DNA of 64,000 nt from the human T2T-CHM13v2.0 reference genome, Homo sapiens (GCF_009914755.1 NC_060947.1); one strand, 5' to 3'. Counted from the first letter of the stretch, positions 1 through 15,818 are shown. Notes: generated from the sequence alone by a model not told the origin. Numbers and translations: made by a program.

Positions 1-822
1 TTCATTGAGTTGATCTTCAATGTCTGATATTCTTTCTTCTGCTTGATTGATTTGGGTATTGATACTTGCGTATGCTTCACGAAGTTCTCATGCTGTGTTT
101 TTCAGCTCCATCAGGTCATTTACATTCTTCTCTAAACTGGTTATTCTAGTTAGCAATTTGTCTACCCTTTTTTCAAGGTTCTTAGCTTCCTTTCATTGGG
201 TGAGAACATGCTCCTTTAGCTCAGAGGAGTTTGTCATTACCCACCTTCTGAGGCCTAATTCTGTCAACTTGTCAAACTCATTCGCTGTCCAGTTTTGTCC
301 CCTTGCTGGCGAGGAGTTGTGATTCTTTGTAGAAGAGGCATTCTGGTTTTTGGAACTTTCAGCCTTTTTGCACTTGTTTCTCCCCACGTTCATGGATTTA
401 TGTACCTTTAGTCTTTGAAGTCAGTGACCTTTGGATGGGGTCTCTGAGTGGACGTCCTTTTTGTTGATGCTGATACTATTCCTTTCCCTTTGTTACTTTT
501 CCTTCTAACAGTCAGGCCCCTCTGCTGCAGGTCTGCTGGAGTTTGCTGGAGGTTCGCTCCAGACCCTGTTTGCCTGGGTATCACCAGCAGAGGATGCAGA
601 CCAGCAAAGATTGCTGCCTGTTCCTTCCTCTGGAAGCTTCGTCCCAGAGGGGCACCCGTCAGATGCCAGCCAGAGCTCTCCTGTATGAGATGCCTGTCAG
701 CCCCTACTGGGAGGTGTCTCCTCAGTTGGAAATGCAGAAATCACTCACCTTCTGTGTTGATCTCACTGGGAACTGCAGACCAGAGCTGTTCCTATTCGGC
801 CATCTTGCCAGCAACCCTCTCC
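1..822 (-). mobile_element. L1PA (older primate) 5'UTR and ORF1 start, with internal 5'UTR deletion
   Basis: Minus strand begins GGAGAGGGTTGCTGGCAAGATGGCCGAATAGGAACAGCTC; ORF1-like GRNKCKKAESSKNQNASS...NEFDKLTELGLRRWV; ORF1 start reads GTG at 385-387. Confidence 0.9.
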
Positions 823-3800
823 TTGTTGATTTTCTGTCCAATGCTGAAAGTGAGGTGTTGAAGTCTCCAGCTATTATTGCATTGTGGTCTACCACTCTTT
901 AGTAATATTTTCTTTATATATCTGGGTGCTCTATTGTTGGTTACATATTTATATTTACATATTTATAATTGTTATATCCTTTTGCTGAATTTACCCCTTT
1001 ATTACTATATAATGACATTTCTTTTCTATTTTATAGGTTTTGTCTTGTGATATATTTTTTCCTGATATAAGTATAGTTATTCCTGCTCTTTTTTTTTGGG
1101 GTTTCCATTCGAATGGAATATCTTTGTTCATCCCTTTATTTTCAGTCTATACGTGTCTTTATAGGGGAAGTGTGCTCTTTGTAGGCAAGAGTATTGGGTC
1201 TTATGGGTATATCCATTCAGCCAACTCTATGTCTTTTAATTGGAGAGTTTCATCCATTTACATTCAATGTTAGTATTGATAAGCAAGGACTTGCTCCTGC
1301 CATTTTGTTATGTGTTTTCTGGTTCTTTGTGGTCTTCTCTTCCTTCTTTCCTGTCTTCATTTTAGTAAAGGTGATTTTCTCTGGTGATATGTTTTAATTT
1401 CTTGCTTTTTTTGTGTGTATGTGGTGTATGTTTTTTGATTTGAGGTTACCATGAGGCTTGCAAATACTATCTTATAAGACATTATTTTAAACTGATGACA
1501 ACTTACTACTGATTTCATAAACAAAAAGACAAGTAACAAAAACTCTACATTTTAACTTTGTTGTAGTTATTACTTTTTATTTGTTCTTCCTTTAGTCTTT
1601 CTACTTAAGATAGATTTACACACTGCAATTACAATGGTCTAAAAGTCTGTGTTTTTCTGTGTATTTACTATTATCAGCGCGTTTTGTGTCTTCAGATGAT
1701 TTACTTTTGCTCATTAACATCCTTTTATTTCTGATTGAAGTACTCCCTTTAGCATTTCTTGTAGGACAGGTCTGGTGTTGATGAAATCCCTCAGCTTTTG
1801 ATTGTCTGGGAAGGTCTTTCTTTCTTTCATGCCTAAAGGATATTTTTGACAGATACATTATTTTCTAGGGTAAAAGTTTTTGTCTTTCAGTATGTTAAAT
1901 ATGTCATGTCACTCTCTCCAGGCCTGTGAGGTTTTCACTGAGAATTGTTTCTTTCCTCTTGTTGCTTTTAGGGTCCATTTTATCCTTGAGCTTTGGTAGT
2001 TTGATTATTAAATGCCTTGAGGTAGTCTTTGGGTTAAATCTGCTTTATCTTGTATAACCTTCTTGTACTTGGATGTTGATATCTTTCTCTAGGTTTGTGG
2101 AGTTCTCTGTTATTATCGCTTTGAATAAACTTTCTTCCCCTATTTCTATCTCTACTTCCTCTTCAGGGCCATTATCTCTTAGAATTGCCCTTTTGAGGCT
2201 ATTTTCTAGGTCTTGTAGGCATGCTTCCTTCTTTTTTATTGTTTTTTGTTTGTTTGTTTGTCTCCTCTGACTGTATGTTTTCAAATAGCCTGTCTTTAAG
2301 CTAATTCTTCCCTCTGGTTGATCAATTGTGCTACTAAGAGGCTCTGATACATTTCTCAGTATGTCAAATAAAATTTTCACTTCCAGAATTTCTGCTTGAT
2401 TCTTTTTGTTTCTTTCCACTGAAATTTCGTCTCTGTGTTATCTTGAATTTCACTCAGCTCCATCAAAACAAGTGCTTTGTATGCTGTGTCTGAAAGGTCT
2501 CATATCTCTGTCTCTCTGAGATTAGTCACTGCTGCCTTATTTAGTTTGTTTGGTGAAGTTATGTGTTCCTAAATGGTCCTGACTTATGTATGTTCATCCA
2601 TGTCTGGGTATTGATGATTTAGGTATTTATTGTAGTCTTTGCAGTCTGGGCTTCTTTGTATCCATCCTTCTTGAGAAGAATTTCTAAGCATCCAAAGGGT
2701 CTTGGGTATTGTGATCTAAGTATTTGGTTACTGCAGCCATATCTCCATTAGGGGGCACCCCAATTCCAGTAACACTGTGGCTCTTGCAGACTTGTGGAGG
2801 TACCATCAACTTGGTGTTTTGTATAAGATCTGGGAGCATTCCTTAGACTAACAGGCAGAGGCTTTTGTTCTCTTTCCTTTTCTGCAAACAAATGGAGTCT
2901 CTCTCTCTCCGTGCTGAACTGCCTGGAGCTGGGAAAGGGGTGACACCAGTATACCTGGGGCCACTACTACTAAGACTGCACTAAGTCAGACTCGATTGCA
3001 GCGCATCACTTGGTCTCATCGAAGGCCCGCAAGGGACCACTGCCTGGCCACCACTCATGTTCACTCAAGGACCAAGGGCTCTTCAGTCAGAAGGTAGAAA
3101 ATCCAGCCAGCCTTGTGTCCTTTCCTTCAGGGCAATGAGCTTCCCCCAGCCCTGGCTAGGTCCAGAAATTCCTTCCAGGAACCAGGTCCTAGAGTCCAAA
3201 ACTTTAGGACTCTATCTCTTGCTCTACTCTAATGTGGGTGAGTTGACACTCAAGCCACAAGACAAAATCTTTCCTAGTCTTTCCTCCCATTTCCTCAGGC
3301 TCTCCATGGCCATCACCACCCCAGGCCTGCAGGGAGTACTGCCAGGCTGCCACCAATGCTCACTCAAAGTCCAAGCACTCTTCAGTCAGGTTGCGGTGAA
3401 TGGTGCCAGCCTGGGTCTCTCCCTTCAGGGCAGTGTGCTCCCCTCTGGCCCAAGGCAGGTCCAGAAATGCCGTCCAAGAGGCAAGGCTTGTAGTCAGGGG
3501 AGCACAAGAGCTCACTTGGTGCTCACACTGTGGCTGAGCTGGTACCCAAGATGTAAGACAATGTCCTCTTTACTCTTTGCTTTACTTCCCTCAAACAGAA
3601 GGAGTCTCTCCCTATAACCACCACAGCCGGGATTATGCTGGGTCACACTCACTGACACAACTCTGAGTCTCACTCAAGCCTTTGGTGAGTACTGCCTGGC
3701 TACTACTGCTGATTATTCAGGGGCCCAGTGCTCTTTTCTCAGAAGGTGTGAATTCTTCCAGGACTGGGTCCTTCCCTTCAAGGCAGTGGGTTCCATTCTG

Positions 3801-4634
3801 GCCCAGGGTGTGTCTAGAAATGTCATCCGGGAGGTAGAGGCTGGAATGGGGGCCCCAGGACTCTGCCTCGTGTCCTATCCTATTGTGTATGAGCTGGTAT
3901 CCATGTTGCAAGACTAAATTCTCTTTACTCTCCTCTCCTCTCCTCAAGCAGAAAAAAAGGAGTCTCTCCTAGTGCTGCAAGCTGTGCTGTCTGGGGTCAG
4001 GGAGCTGGGATGTAAGCACTCCCTTGACAGCCCTGGCTGATGTCTCACTAGATCAAGTTAAAATCCACTGACCTTGAGTTCAGCACAGCACCAAGACTTG
4101 CCCCGGAATTGCAGTCCTTGTGGCCTAGATTGCCTTTTAAGTTTATTTAGAACCCCAGAGCACTTTAGCCCACCTTGGCAGGGCTTGCCAGAACTCAGGT
4201 TGCCAGTGCTGGAATGGACAGTTTGCCTCTGGCTAGGGCTGGTCTATATACTCCCTGTGTGGATGTTGGCTGAGTTCTGTCCAGTGTTGCTTTCTGCTGT
4301 GACAGTGCAGCACTGAGTTCAAATGCAAAGTCCCACTATCACTGTTCTCTCTCTCTCCTCAAAGCTCACAGATTCTCCCTCTATGCCACATGGCCCCTGC
4401 TGCTGCAGAGGGATGGGGGAGGAGTGGTGTTGGCAACTCGAGACTACCCTCTTCAGTGCCTCCTTCCGTAATATGATTTTAAAATCAGATACTGTGATTG
4501 GTCGCCTGATTTTTGGTTCTTACGAAGGTGCTTTTTCATGTGGATAGTTATTCAATTTGGTGTTCCTGTGGGGGCGGTGACGGGATGATTGTGGGAAGCC
4601 TCTATTCAGGCATGTTGCTCTGCTTCCCTCTCCC
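823..4634 (-). mobile_element. Old L1 (L1M1/L1MA-type) long 5'UTR, ORF1 and inter-ORF region
   Basis: Degenerate ORF1 peptide at 2045-2419 (NQAEILE...LQDLENSLKRA...NLEKDINIQVQEG); L1M1-type 5' end near 4634; GC-richer 5'UTR with ~300-bp imperfect monomers. Confidence 0.75.
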
Positions 4635-5775
4635 ATATGATTTTTTAAAAATGTTGTTGGACTCAGTTAGCTTGTATTTCATTGAGGATTTCTGCATTTA
4701 TATATCTAAGAAAAATTGATCTGAAGTTTTCTTGTGATGTCTTTTGTTATGGTTTCAAGATAATACTGGCCTCACAGAATGAACTGAGAAAAGTTCTCTC
4801 CTCTTGTATATCTTGAAAAAGTTTGTGAAGTGTTGGTATCAGTGCCTCTTTAAATATTTTGTAGAATTCACTGAGGAAGCCATCTAGGCCTGGGCTTGTC
4901 TTTGTGGGTAGTTTTTATTAGTAATTTATTCTCTTTACTTGTTATAGATCTATTCATGTTATTTCTTAAGTCAGTTTTGTGTCCTTTTATGAAATTGTCC
5001 ATTTCATCTAAGTTTCCTAATTTGTTGGCATTTATATATAGTACTCTTCTAAAATATTTTTTTTACCTCTGTGGATTCATAGTGATGTCTCCTCTTTCAC
5101 TATTTTAATCATCTGAGTCTTAAGTATTTTGTTACTTGCCAGTGTAGTTAAAAGACTTGAGAATTTTGTGATATTTCAAAAAACAATTCATAGTTTTATT
5201 AATTTTATTTACTGATTTTCTATCCTCCATTAATTTATGCTCTAATATTTCTTTTATTTTGCTTGCTTTGCATTTAGTTTGCTCTTTTTTTCTAGTTTCT
5301 TAATGTGAATGGCTGTTATTAATTTGAGATATTCCTTGTTTTTAAATATAGGTATTTACAACTATAAACTTCCCCCTAGCCACAGCTTTTGCTGCATTCC
5401 ACATGTTTTTCTTGTGTTTTCCTTTTCATTTATCTCAGAGTATTTTCTAAATTCCCTTGTGATTTCTTCCTTATCCTATATTTAAATTATGTTTTTAAAT
5501 TTCCATATATTTATGACATCTCCAAGTTTCCCTCCACTAATAATTTCTAATTTCATTCTTATTGTGGTCAGAGAACATTCTTTGTACCATTTCAATCACT
5601 TTAAATTTACTGAGGCTTGTTTTATGGCCCACCTGAACAACATGTATTCTGATTTTGGGTGGCGTGTTCTATAGATGTCTGTTAGGTCTAGTTGATGCAT
5701 AGTGTCATTTGATGCATGGACAGTTGATGCATGGACATTTTGCAGTGTAACATTTTGATCCTATTAATGATGTTC
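4635..5775 (-). mobile_element. Old L1M ORF2 fragment
   Basis: T-rich antisense ORF2-like text (gtagaattcactgaggaagccatctaggcctgggc; ataaacttcccccta...gctgcattccac). Confidence 0.65.
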
Positions 5776-5789
5776 TAAGGATTTTTTTT

Positions 5790-8338
<2,549 letters not shown>

Positions 8339-8715
8339 GTCAGGATAGGAGTTGAACTCAAGATAGAAGCAAGTAATTGAGTAATCAAAGTGTGCAATGG
8401 TAGAGTCAATGCCAAGGGGTTAGAAATCTCACCGAGGTAGAGAATAAAGGAAAAGTTTAAAAGTTTGAAAGTTTAAATGAGGCACAATGGTATCATGAAA
8501 AGTTTTTAAATGTCTTGATTCTGTTTTTGCAGTGGAAATGTTCAGTAAAGAAATATGACAGGAGAATTTCTAAATGAGAATTTTAAAAGCCGAAATGGTT
8601 TTTATTAATTATAGTAGAGAAACTATACAGAAATCTAATTTCATCATGTTAAATAATAAAAGAATGTTAGAACAGATCAAAATAAAAAAGTTATAGAAAT
8701 CATTCAAAAAATAAA

Positions 8716-9533
8716 TAAACATGAGCAAATGACATGAACAGACACTTCTCAAAGGAAGACACATAAGTGGTCAACAAACATGAAAAAGGCTCATCATCAC
8801 TAATCATCAGAAAAATGCAAATCAAAACCACATTGAGATACCATCTCACACTAGTCAGAATGGCTATTTTTTGACTAAAGTCAAAAAACAACAGATGCCG
8901 GCGAGGCTGCAGAGAAAAGCGAATGCTTATAAACTGCTGGTGGGAATGCAAATTAATTCGGGCTCTGTGGAAAGCAGTTTGAACTTAAAACAGAACTACC
9001 ATTTGAATCAGTAATCCCATTACTGGGTATATACCCAAAGAAAAATAGATCATTATACCAAAAAGGCACATGCACTTGTATGTTTATTGCTGTGCTATTC
9101 ACATAGCAGAAACATGGAATCTATCCAGGTGGCCATCAATGGTGGACTGGATTATGTACATGTGAATATATACCATGGAATACTATGCAGCCATAAAAAA
9201 GAACAAAATCATGTCCTTCACAGCAACACAGATGCAGCTGGAAACCATTACCCTAAGTGAACTAATGCAGAAACTGCAAACCAAATATCACATCTTCTCA
9301 TAAGTGGGAGCTCAACACTGGGGTACATATGGTTATAAAAATGGGAACAGATGCTGCAGAATACAAGAGAAGGGAGGGAGAAGGGGTGAAGGTTATAAAG
9401 GACTACCTATTGAGTACTATGCTGACTACCTGGGTGACAAATTCACTTGTAGTCCAAACCTTAGCATCACACAATATACCTTTGTAATAAACCTCCACAT
9501 GTACCCCGATTCTAAAATAAATGTTGAAAAAAA
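8716..9533 (+). mobile_element. Host L1 right part and 3'UTR (continues 5790-6715)
   Basis: Resumes at gacatgaacagacacttctcaaa, the text expected after the left-part break; ends taaaataaatgttgaaaaaaa. Confidence 0.8.
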
Positions 9534-9539
9534 GTTTAT

Positions 9540-10695
9540 TTTTAAAAGTAACTTTCTTAGTGATTGTTCTAGGGATTACAATATACATTGTAACTTACCA
9601 GAATTTACTTCATATTTGTACGGATTAGTTGCAGTGAAATATAGAAATTTTACTATTATATAGCTTTCCATCCCAGTTTTGTGCTATTGTTATTCATATT
9701 ATGTCTATATATGTTACAAACCAATACATTATCATCTTTATATGACCTTGCCTTTTTAAAAAGCTGAGAGAAGGACACATATATATGCAGAGAGTTCGTG
9801 ATATTAGCCTTCTTAGATACCATTTCTGGCTGTCGTCATTCATGCCTGTGGATTCAAGATATTACCTGGTATCATTCCTTACATAGCTTTGTTTCATTCC
9901 CAATAAAATAATAATATACAGATTGTTTTATGCAGTTGCTTTATAAGTCAGTTAAGAGAAGAAAGGAAAAGAAGCATGCAATTGTCTTTTTAAAGTACTC
10001 ACATGATTGCCATTACTGGTGCTTCCTATTTTTTTTTCACGTGGATTTGAATCACTGTCTGGTGTCACTTGCTTTTTGACTGAAAAATTACCTTTTTATT
10101 TCTTATAATGCAAGTCACTACTATTGAGTTTTCCTTTTATTTGTCTGGGAACATCTTATTTCACCTTCATTTCTGAATGAGTTTTGCTAGATATAATATT
10201 CTCATTTGGGTAGTTTTGTTTAATTTCAGCAATTTGAACATGTCATCATTGTATCTTCTGGTCTTCACTGTTCCTGATGAAACTTCACTTGTTAACCATA
10301 TTGGGGTTTCTTTGTAGGTGATGAGCTATTTTTCTCTTACTGCTTTTGAGATTTTCTCATTTTTTGCTCACAACATTTGATGTGTCTCTTTGTTTACCCT
10401 ACTTGACATTTGTTGGGCCCCTTTGATGTGTAGATTAATGTTTTGCATCAAATTTAAGTATTCTCGTAAGTTTCAGTTTTTAGTCCCCCTCTCTCCTCCT
10501 GGTACTGTGCATATGTTGGTACACATTTCTCTTGTTATTTTTCCCCATTCTTTTTTCTCTGTTCTTCAGACTGCATAATCTCCACTGATCTTCCTTCAAG
10601 TTCAGATTTTTTTCTGCCAGCTCAAATATACTACTGAACTCTTGTGAATTTATTTCAGTTATTGTACCTTTTCAACTCCAGAATTTCCATTTGTA

Positions 10696-10737
<42 letters not shown>

Positions 10738-12417
10738 TTCTCTTTGTTGACAAATCTTTTGCCTGCTACAAAAGTCATCTGGGCCACTTCTAAGGCAGTG
10801 TTTTATCACCTGCTTTTTCCCCGTGTATGGGTCACACTTTCCTGTTTCTTTCCATGTCTTGTAATTTTTTCTTGTAAATTAGACATTTTAGATAGTATCT
10901 TACAGCAATCCTGGATATTGATCCTCCTTTCCTGGGGGATTTTGGTTATTTCCTCCACAGTGTGCAGCCTGATGTTAGCTCTATTTTTCAGTTCAGCTAT
11001 TAATACCTAAGGGTTGCCCCCAGGTTAGCACAAGGCACTTATTCGTCAATAGGATTTCTACCCTTTACGACTGGATGTGTGCATGTTTGGAGGCTGTTAT
11101 AAATAGTTCAGGAAATTTATTTTCACCCATATTCATCAGGGACTAGAAGCTTGGAGGATCCCTGTGTGATCATCCTAAGAAGGCACAACCTTCAACATAC
11201 ACACAGTCTTTCAGATTGCCAGGGATGAGTGTAATTTTATTTTTAATCCTTGTTCCTGGGAGTCACTTCTGGGTCAAAGTAGCTTATTGCAGTGTTTGGT
11301 CAAAGGTTGTTTTTAAACTCCTTGTGCCAGTAAAGATTGCACCTTCTGTTGATGGGTCTGCATGCATTGGAATGCTTTCAAGTATGTCCCATGTTCTGCT
11401 CTGATTGTCGTGAGTGGGTGCAGACCCAGCACATGCACACAGACTTTTCAACCCCCATAGTTGACTGCACTCTCAGGACGGCTCTTCTTGGCTGTCTCTT
11501 TCATGTTTCTATTAAACTTCTGGTTCCTTTGCATGTGCAAGCTTCCCTTAATTGATCTCCACCAAGATCTCCATCCACTGTTTTTGACAACATCTTTAGG
11601 GATGAAGTTCTTCATGCTCTGTTCCAAATGAAGTCAGTTTCCACAGGCAGAGCTATGGAGTTGTCTTTATTGCATGCCTTTCCCCTTGGGCAGAACCTCT
11701 GCATCACTGAACTGAAGCTGAGGGTGGGGCTCATTTTTCCTGAAATGAAATCATCATTTTACTCACGGGTGATGGGGTGGGGTGGAAGTCCCCCGTATTT
11801 GCCAGTTTCCTTCTTTGGGTGATGCCTCCAATGTTATGAGCAAGCTGGGATAGAGAAAATCAGGGCCCCCTTATTCTCAGTCTTTGCATAGAATAGAATT
11901 TCTACTCTAAGGGGGTGGGGGTAGGGCTGGGTGGCAGAAGGCATCTCTAGTCCTTTTGGCTTTGTCTGCCTGGGATAGAGTTTCTGCAACACAGGTTTGA
12001 GCATGTGTTTGTATGGGGTTGAGGGGTGGGATAAGAAATGTAAACAGTTGGCCATGACAGGGTGAAACTGTAGTCCCAGAATGGGAGCTGGGAGAAGAGT
12101 GAGCCCCACCTATCCCCATCATCTTCAGCATACAGGCCCTGAATGGAGCATCCAGGGTGGAACACTCAGGTAACACTTGGATGGGGGTGGGGGATATATG
12201 GAACAGGTTGTTCCTCAAAGACCAGACTTTTGCTGTTCTTAATAAGATTCAACATATTTTCTTGAATGAATGTTTCTCTATTTCCCATATGCCCTTAAGA
12301 CAATTTTCAGAAATTTTAAATGATTGTTTTAAAAAACAATTTTACCAGTAAAAATGTTGTTTTGCTGGGGAGAGGGTCTATTGAGCTCCTTACTTTGCTA
12401 TTATGGAAGTCCTACTC
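9540..12417 (-). mobile_element. Ancient L1M (MC/ME-type) ORF1/5' fragments
   Basis: Degenerate antisense ORF1-like text (ttcaccttcatttctgaa; ttcagttattgtaccttttcaactccagaatttccattt). Confidence 0.5.
10697..10734. repeat. (AC)19 microsatellite
   Basis: Perfect dinucleotide run. Confidence 0.95.
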
Positions 12418-12429
12418 TCCAATTTATTT

Positions 12430-12527
12430 ATTTCACCAATGCCAACTGTATTTCAAGTCATAATGGCCAGGTATCGGGAAAAATTTTCAATTAGCAATAA
12501 CTGTGCCTCGGATAAACCTCGTTGGCT
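12430..12527 (-). pseudogene. U4 snRNA retropseudogene, 5'- and 3'-truncated (about U4 nt 25-117)
   Basis: Minus strand AGCCAACGAGGTTTATCCGAGGCACAGTTATTGCTAATTGAAAATTTTTCCCGATACC...GACTTGAAATACAGTTGGCATTGG matches U4; 12-bp TSD tccaatttattt at 12418-12429 and 12528-12539. Confidence 0.92.
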
Positions 12528-12559
12528 TCCAATTTATTTTTAAATGTAACTTCAGTGGA

Positions 12560-12700
12560 AATGTGGTGCAGTAGAAGGAAGAACGGACTAGGTGTCAGGA
12601 GCCAGGGTTTTCATCCCAACTTGGCCTGTTTCCTCATTTGTAGAATGAGGGGATTGTATTAAATGACCTCTAAACTCCTTCTAACTTTAAAATCTCATGA
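12560..12700. repeat. MIR-family SINE fragment
   Basis: MIR core-like gcctgtttcctcatttgtagaatgagggg...aaatgacctctaa. Confidence 0.55.
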
Positions 12701-14700
12701 TTTTATGAAACTGAAACTACTGTAGTTGTGTAACAACAGGAAGTATGGAAACAATCCACTCACCTTTTTCAACCAAAAAATGCTCCAACCTGTTATTAAT
12801 TAGAGCATGCATTTCATTTCCAACTCTACCTAGCTAATAAAAATGCTAGTTTATCACATGATTTGCAGTCAAGACATTTCTATACCCAAAAGTTTACTTC
12901 CTAATCATTAGAACTGAGAAACTGGGGGCAACAGAAACTTGCCTTTCACTGATTGATCATCAAAATTATGACAGCTTAATGTCAACTGAAAGCACACTAT
13001 AATTTGCTGCCATTTTACCCACATTATGAGCTTCACAATTACTTAGAAACAATTCCAAGTTTTTACCTTCTGCATAAGGCTGTAAGGTCATACCCTCGGA
13101 GTGTCTCTTAATTATCTGTATTTATTCTCAGTATGTGAATGACAAAATATCAGTTTTCCCTGGACACTGCAGAGAAGAGTTGCTTCAATGGGATACCCAT
13201 TTCTTGTCACAAATATAATGTTATTTAGTAATGTTTATCTACATAGATTGCTATAAACAATAACAGTGAGGTTAAGGGCCTCTCTGACTGAGTTATTTTG
13301 TCTTAACTGACCAGTTTTAATCTATTTGATTTGGTATTATCATTTACTATAAAATTTACATTAAAAATCTATATATTCAAAGGGATTTGTTTACAATTTA
13401 AGAAAACTGCAATTGCAAACATATTTAAATGCTTTCAACTATTAATCCAGGACAGACTATCTAGTACTAAAGATACAAGGTAAGAGAATTGTGAATATAC
13501 ACTGGCAAAAGTTGCTACTCAGCAACACATTCAGCAAGTAGGAAGGATAAGAGCAAGATGGCAGTATGGACAAAGAGATCCAGAAATAAGGAATCATACA
13601 ATCTTTAAATATCTTGCCTTTAAAGCAAAAACTTTTTTAAAAACAGCCATCTTCACAAACTACTTTGTCAACATCCAAAGGAATGACACAATATTTATCT
13701 TAAGGTTTATAAAAGGTGCAAATCTCTGTAGAGGAAAAACATAAGGCTTATCTTGAGCTTGTTCATGTCCAAATGCTAAGGTCTCTTTCTGATTTTCAAA
13801 AGTGACCCTCAGACTTGAGCTGTTAAAAATTTCCAAATGAGCCCATCTGCTCACCAAGATATTTCTATGTTAAGAACCTTCAGTAAGGCATCTGGCCCAG
13901 TTTTTACAATCCCAAATTACCTTGGTTTCAACTTAATTTTTGTAAACTGGAAGTCCCTTAGGAAGAAAGTAAAATTTTCAATCTTTAAAATAAAGAGACA
14001 TAAAAAATAAAACCCTATCATCTTGCTCCATTTTCAGATTCCATATTCTAAAACTGTACCTGATTCATCTCAATATATTAAAAAACATTATGTTGCAACA
14101 CTGATTTAGAAATTTATACACTTTATCCTTTTGTGTGAGTACATAATATTATAATGTAAAATTAGTACCCTATAATTAAATGCCCTTTTTCTTGGCATTT
14201 CCTCTGAATGAATCATCCTAGGAAGCTTTTCTTTCATCTTAATTTGTCTATTATTTCCCTGTATAGAACTACCTTAATATGAAGTGGTTAAAAGAAATGC
14301 CTTTAAGACTTAGTTATGGACCCTACAATAACTGCTTTTCAAGTAATTTAAGATTTTGTTAGTTGAAAATAATGGTTAATGACGACAATGGCGTAGGGAC
14401 CACTTACAATCATACGAAAAAAAAATAGCTTTGTATCTCTTAGTGGGAAAATTATCCACACCTTGGAAACATTCCTAACCTTCTTGGACTAAAGGTTTCC
14501 CATATCACAAAATAACTTACTTTGAACACTATTCACACCTCAAAATGAATTATTGCTGATGGTTACTTCAGTATTATGTGTTTGTTTATGCGGCTAAGCA
14601 AAATCTTTTCCATCAGCATCACTGGAAATGTATAGAGGGAATTAACAAAGAAGCAAAATTTCTATTGAGACTTTAACCACATTTCCAGTAATGCAACTGG

Positions 14701-14706
14701 TTTATT
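14701..14706 (-). terminator. Candidate distal polyadenylation signal AATAAA
   Basis: + strand tttatt; the minus strand continues ccagttgcattactggaaatgtggtt...ttttgcttctttgtt; an upstream U-run lies at ~14777-14790. Confidence 0.6.
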
Positions 14707-15818
14707 AAAAGTACTCACCCCACCCCCAGAAGAGCAGTAACAACTATGGTTTCAGAGTAAGAAATGTTGAAAAGGAAAAAAAAAAAAAAACTAATCCACT
14801 TTTCAGTTGATTATGCATCTCAGTATTAACTCTAGCTTTAAAAGCAAGATCTTGCATCACTTACTCTGGCAGCAAAGACTACGAAATACTGGTTTCATGT
14901 TACTTATCAAATTACCTTTATATAGCAAGAGTGGACACCTAAGTTAGATAAGTTCAGCTATCCACCCACCAATGTCAACAATACTAAAATTAATCTCTCC
15001 CATATCAAATTATCATGAAAAATTTCTTAAAACTATAAACCAATAAAATATTAGGACCTTTTCTGAGAAATAAAACCTTATTACATAGTTATGTGGCCAT
15101 TCATGAGGTGCATATGTTTTCAAATTGAATGATTACTACCAAACAAATGAAAGCAAGTTCATACTGGAAAAGAGAAGAACTTTCTAAGTGAATGTATAGC
15201 AATATTTTATTAATTCTTTCTAGCAGGTAAAACTTTTTTTCCTCCCAAGGTAAAACTTGATTATGTTGTTTGGGCTCCTCCTCGTTATGTCAGGCTTAAA
15301 GAAACTAATTAAATTACTGAAAAGTAAGGGAAGATCTTTTAATAAATTCTGAAGTGTCAACACAGATTAGAGTCTTGATCATCTAAAGAGTATAATATGT
15401 AATACTCTATTTACCTAAATGTTAATATTTTTTAAATGGACACTGATTTATACACGTGTGAGCATGTGCATACATGCACGACATCCCATTTACTTGTTTC
15501 TTTGTAAACTTCGAATAGAAAAAGCAGCACATTTAAGATGGAAATATAAAAGGAAATGAACTTTCTAAGCTTTTCAGATTACTCCCAGTATAGCAACTTT
15601 CAAATTACATAGGAGTTTGTAAATCTTTAAAGAAAAATGTGTAGTTTTGTCCAAAACAAAAACAGTGCCTCATATTTTTATGGAAAAATAAAATTCTAAT
15701 CACTAGATGATAGTTATGGTGCTGCTTAATGATGAAGAATATTCTACATAGCGACATGAGAATGAAGGTTTTTTTCCTTCAAAAAGTACATAGTTGCAAA
15801 TACTTCAAAAATTCTAGC

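Noticed and set aside
448-902. Plus-strand ORFs of 137 and 119 aa antisense to the L1 5'UTR (ORF0-like?)
   Set aside because: Non-ATG starts. They run across the deletion junction, and the part of the 5'UTR where ORF0 normally lies is in the deleted block.
3057-3617. Longest ORF in the track (186 aa)
   Set aside because: Lies antisense within the GC-richer monomer region of an old L1 5'UTR, with no recognisable domain or splice context.
5689-5738. Short repeated ttgatgcat(ggaca) units
   Set aside because: Local slippage duplication in a decayed L1; no spacer structure and not CRISPR-like.
15430-15455. CAGTGT in the 3'UTR as a possible iron-responsive element
   Set aside because: No bulged C five bases upstream, and the flanks (taaat / ccatt) do not pair.
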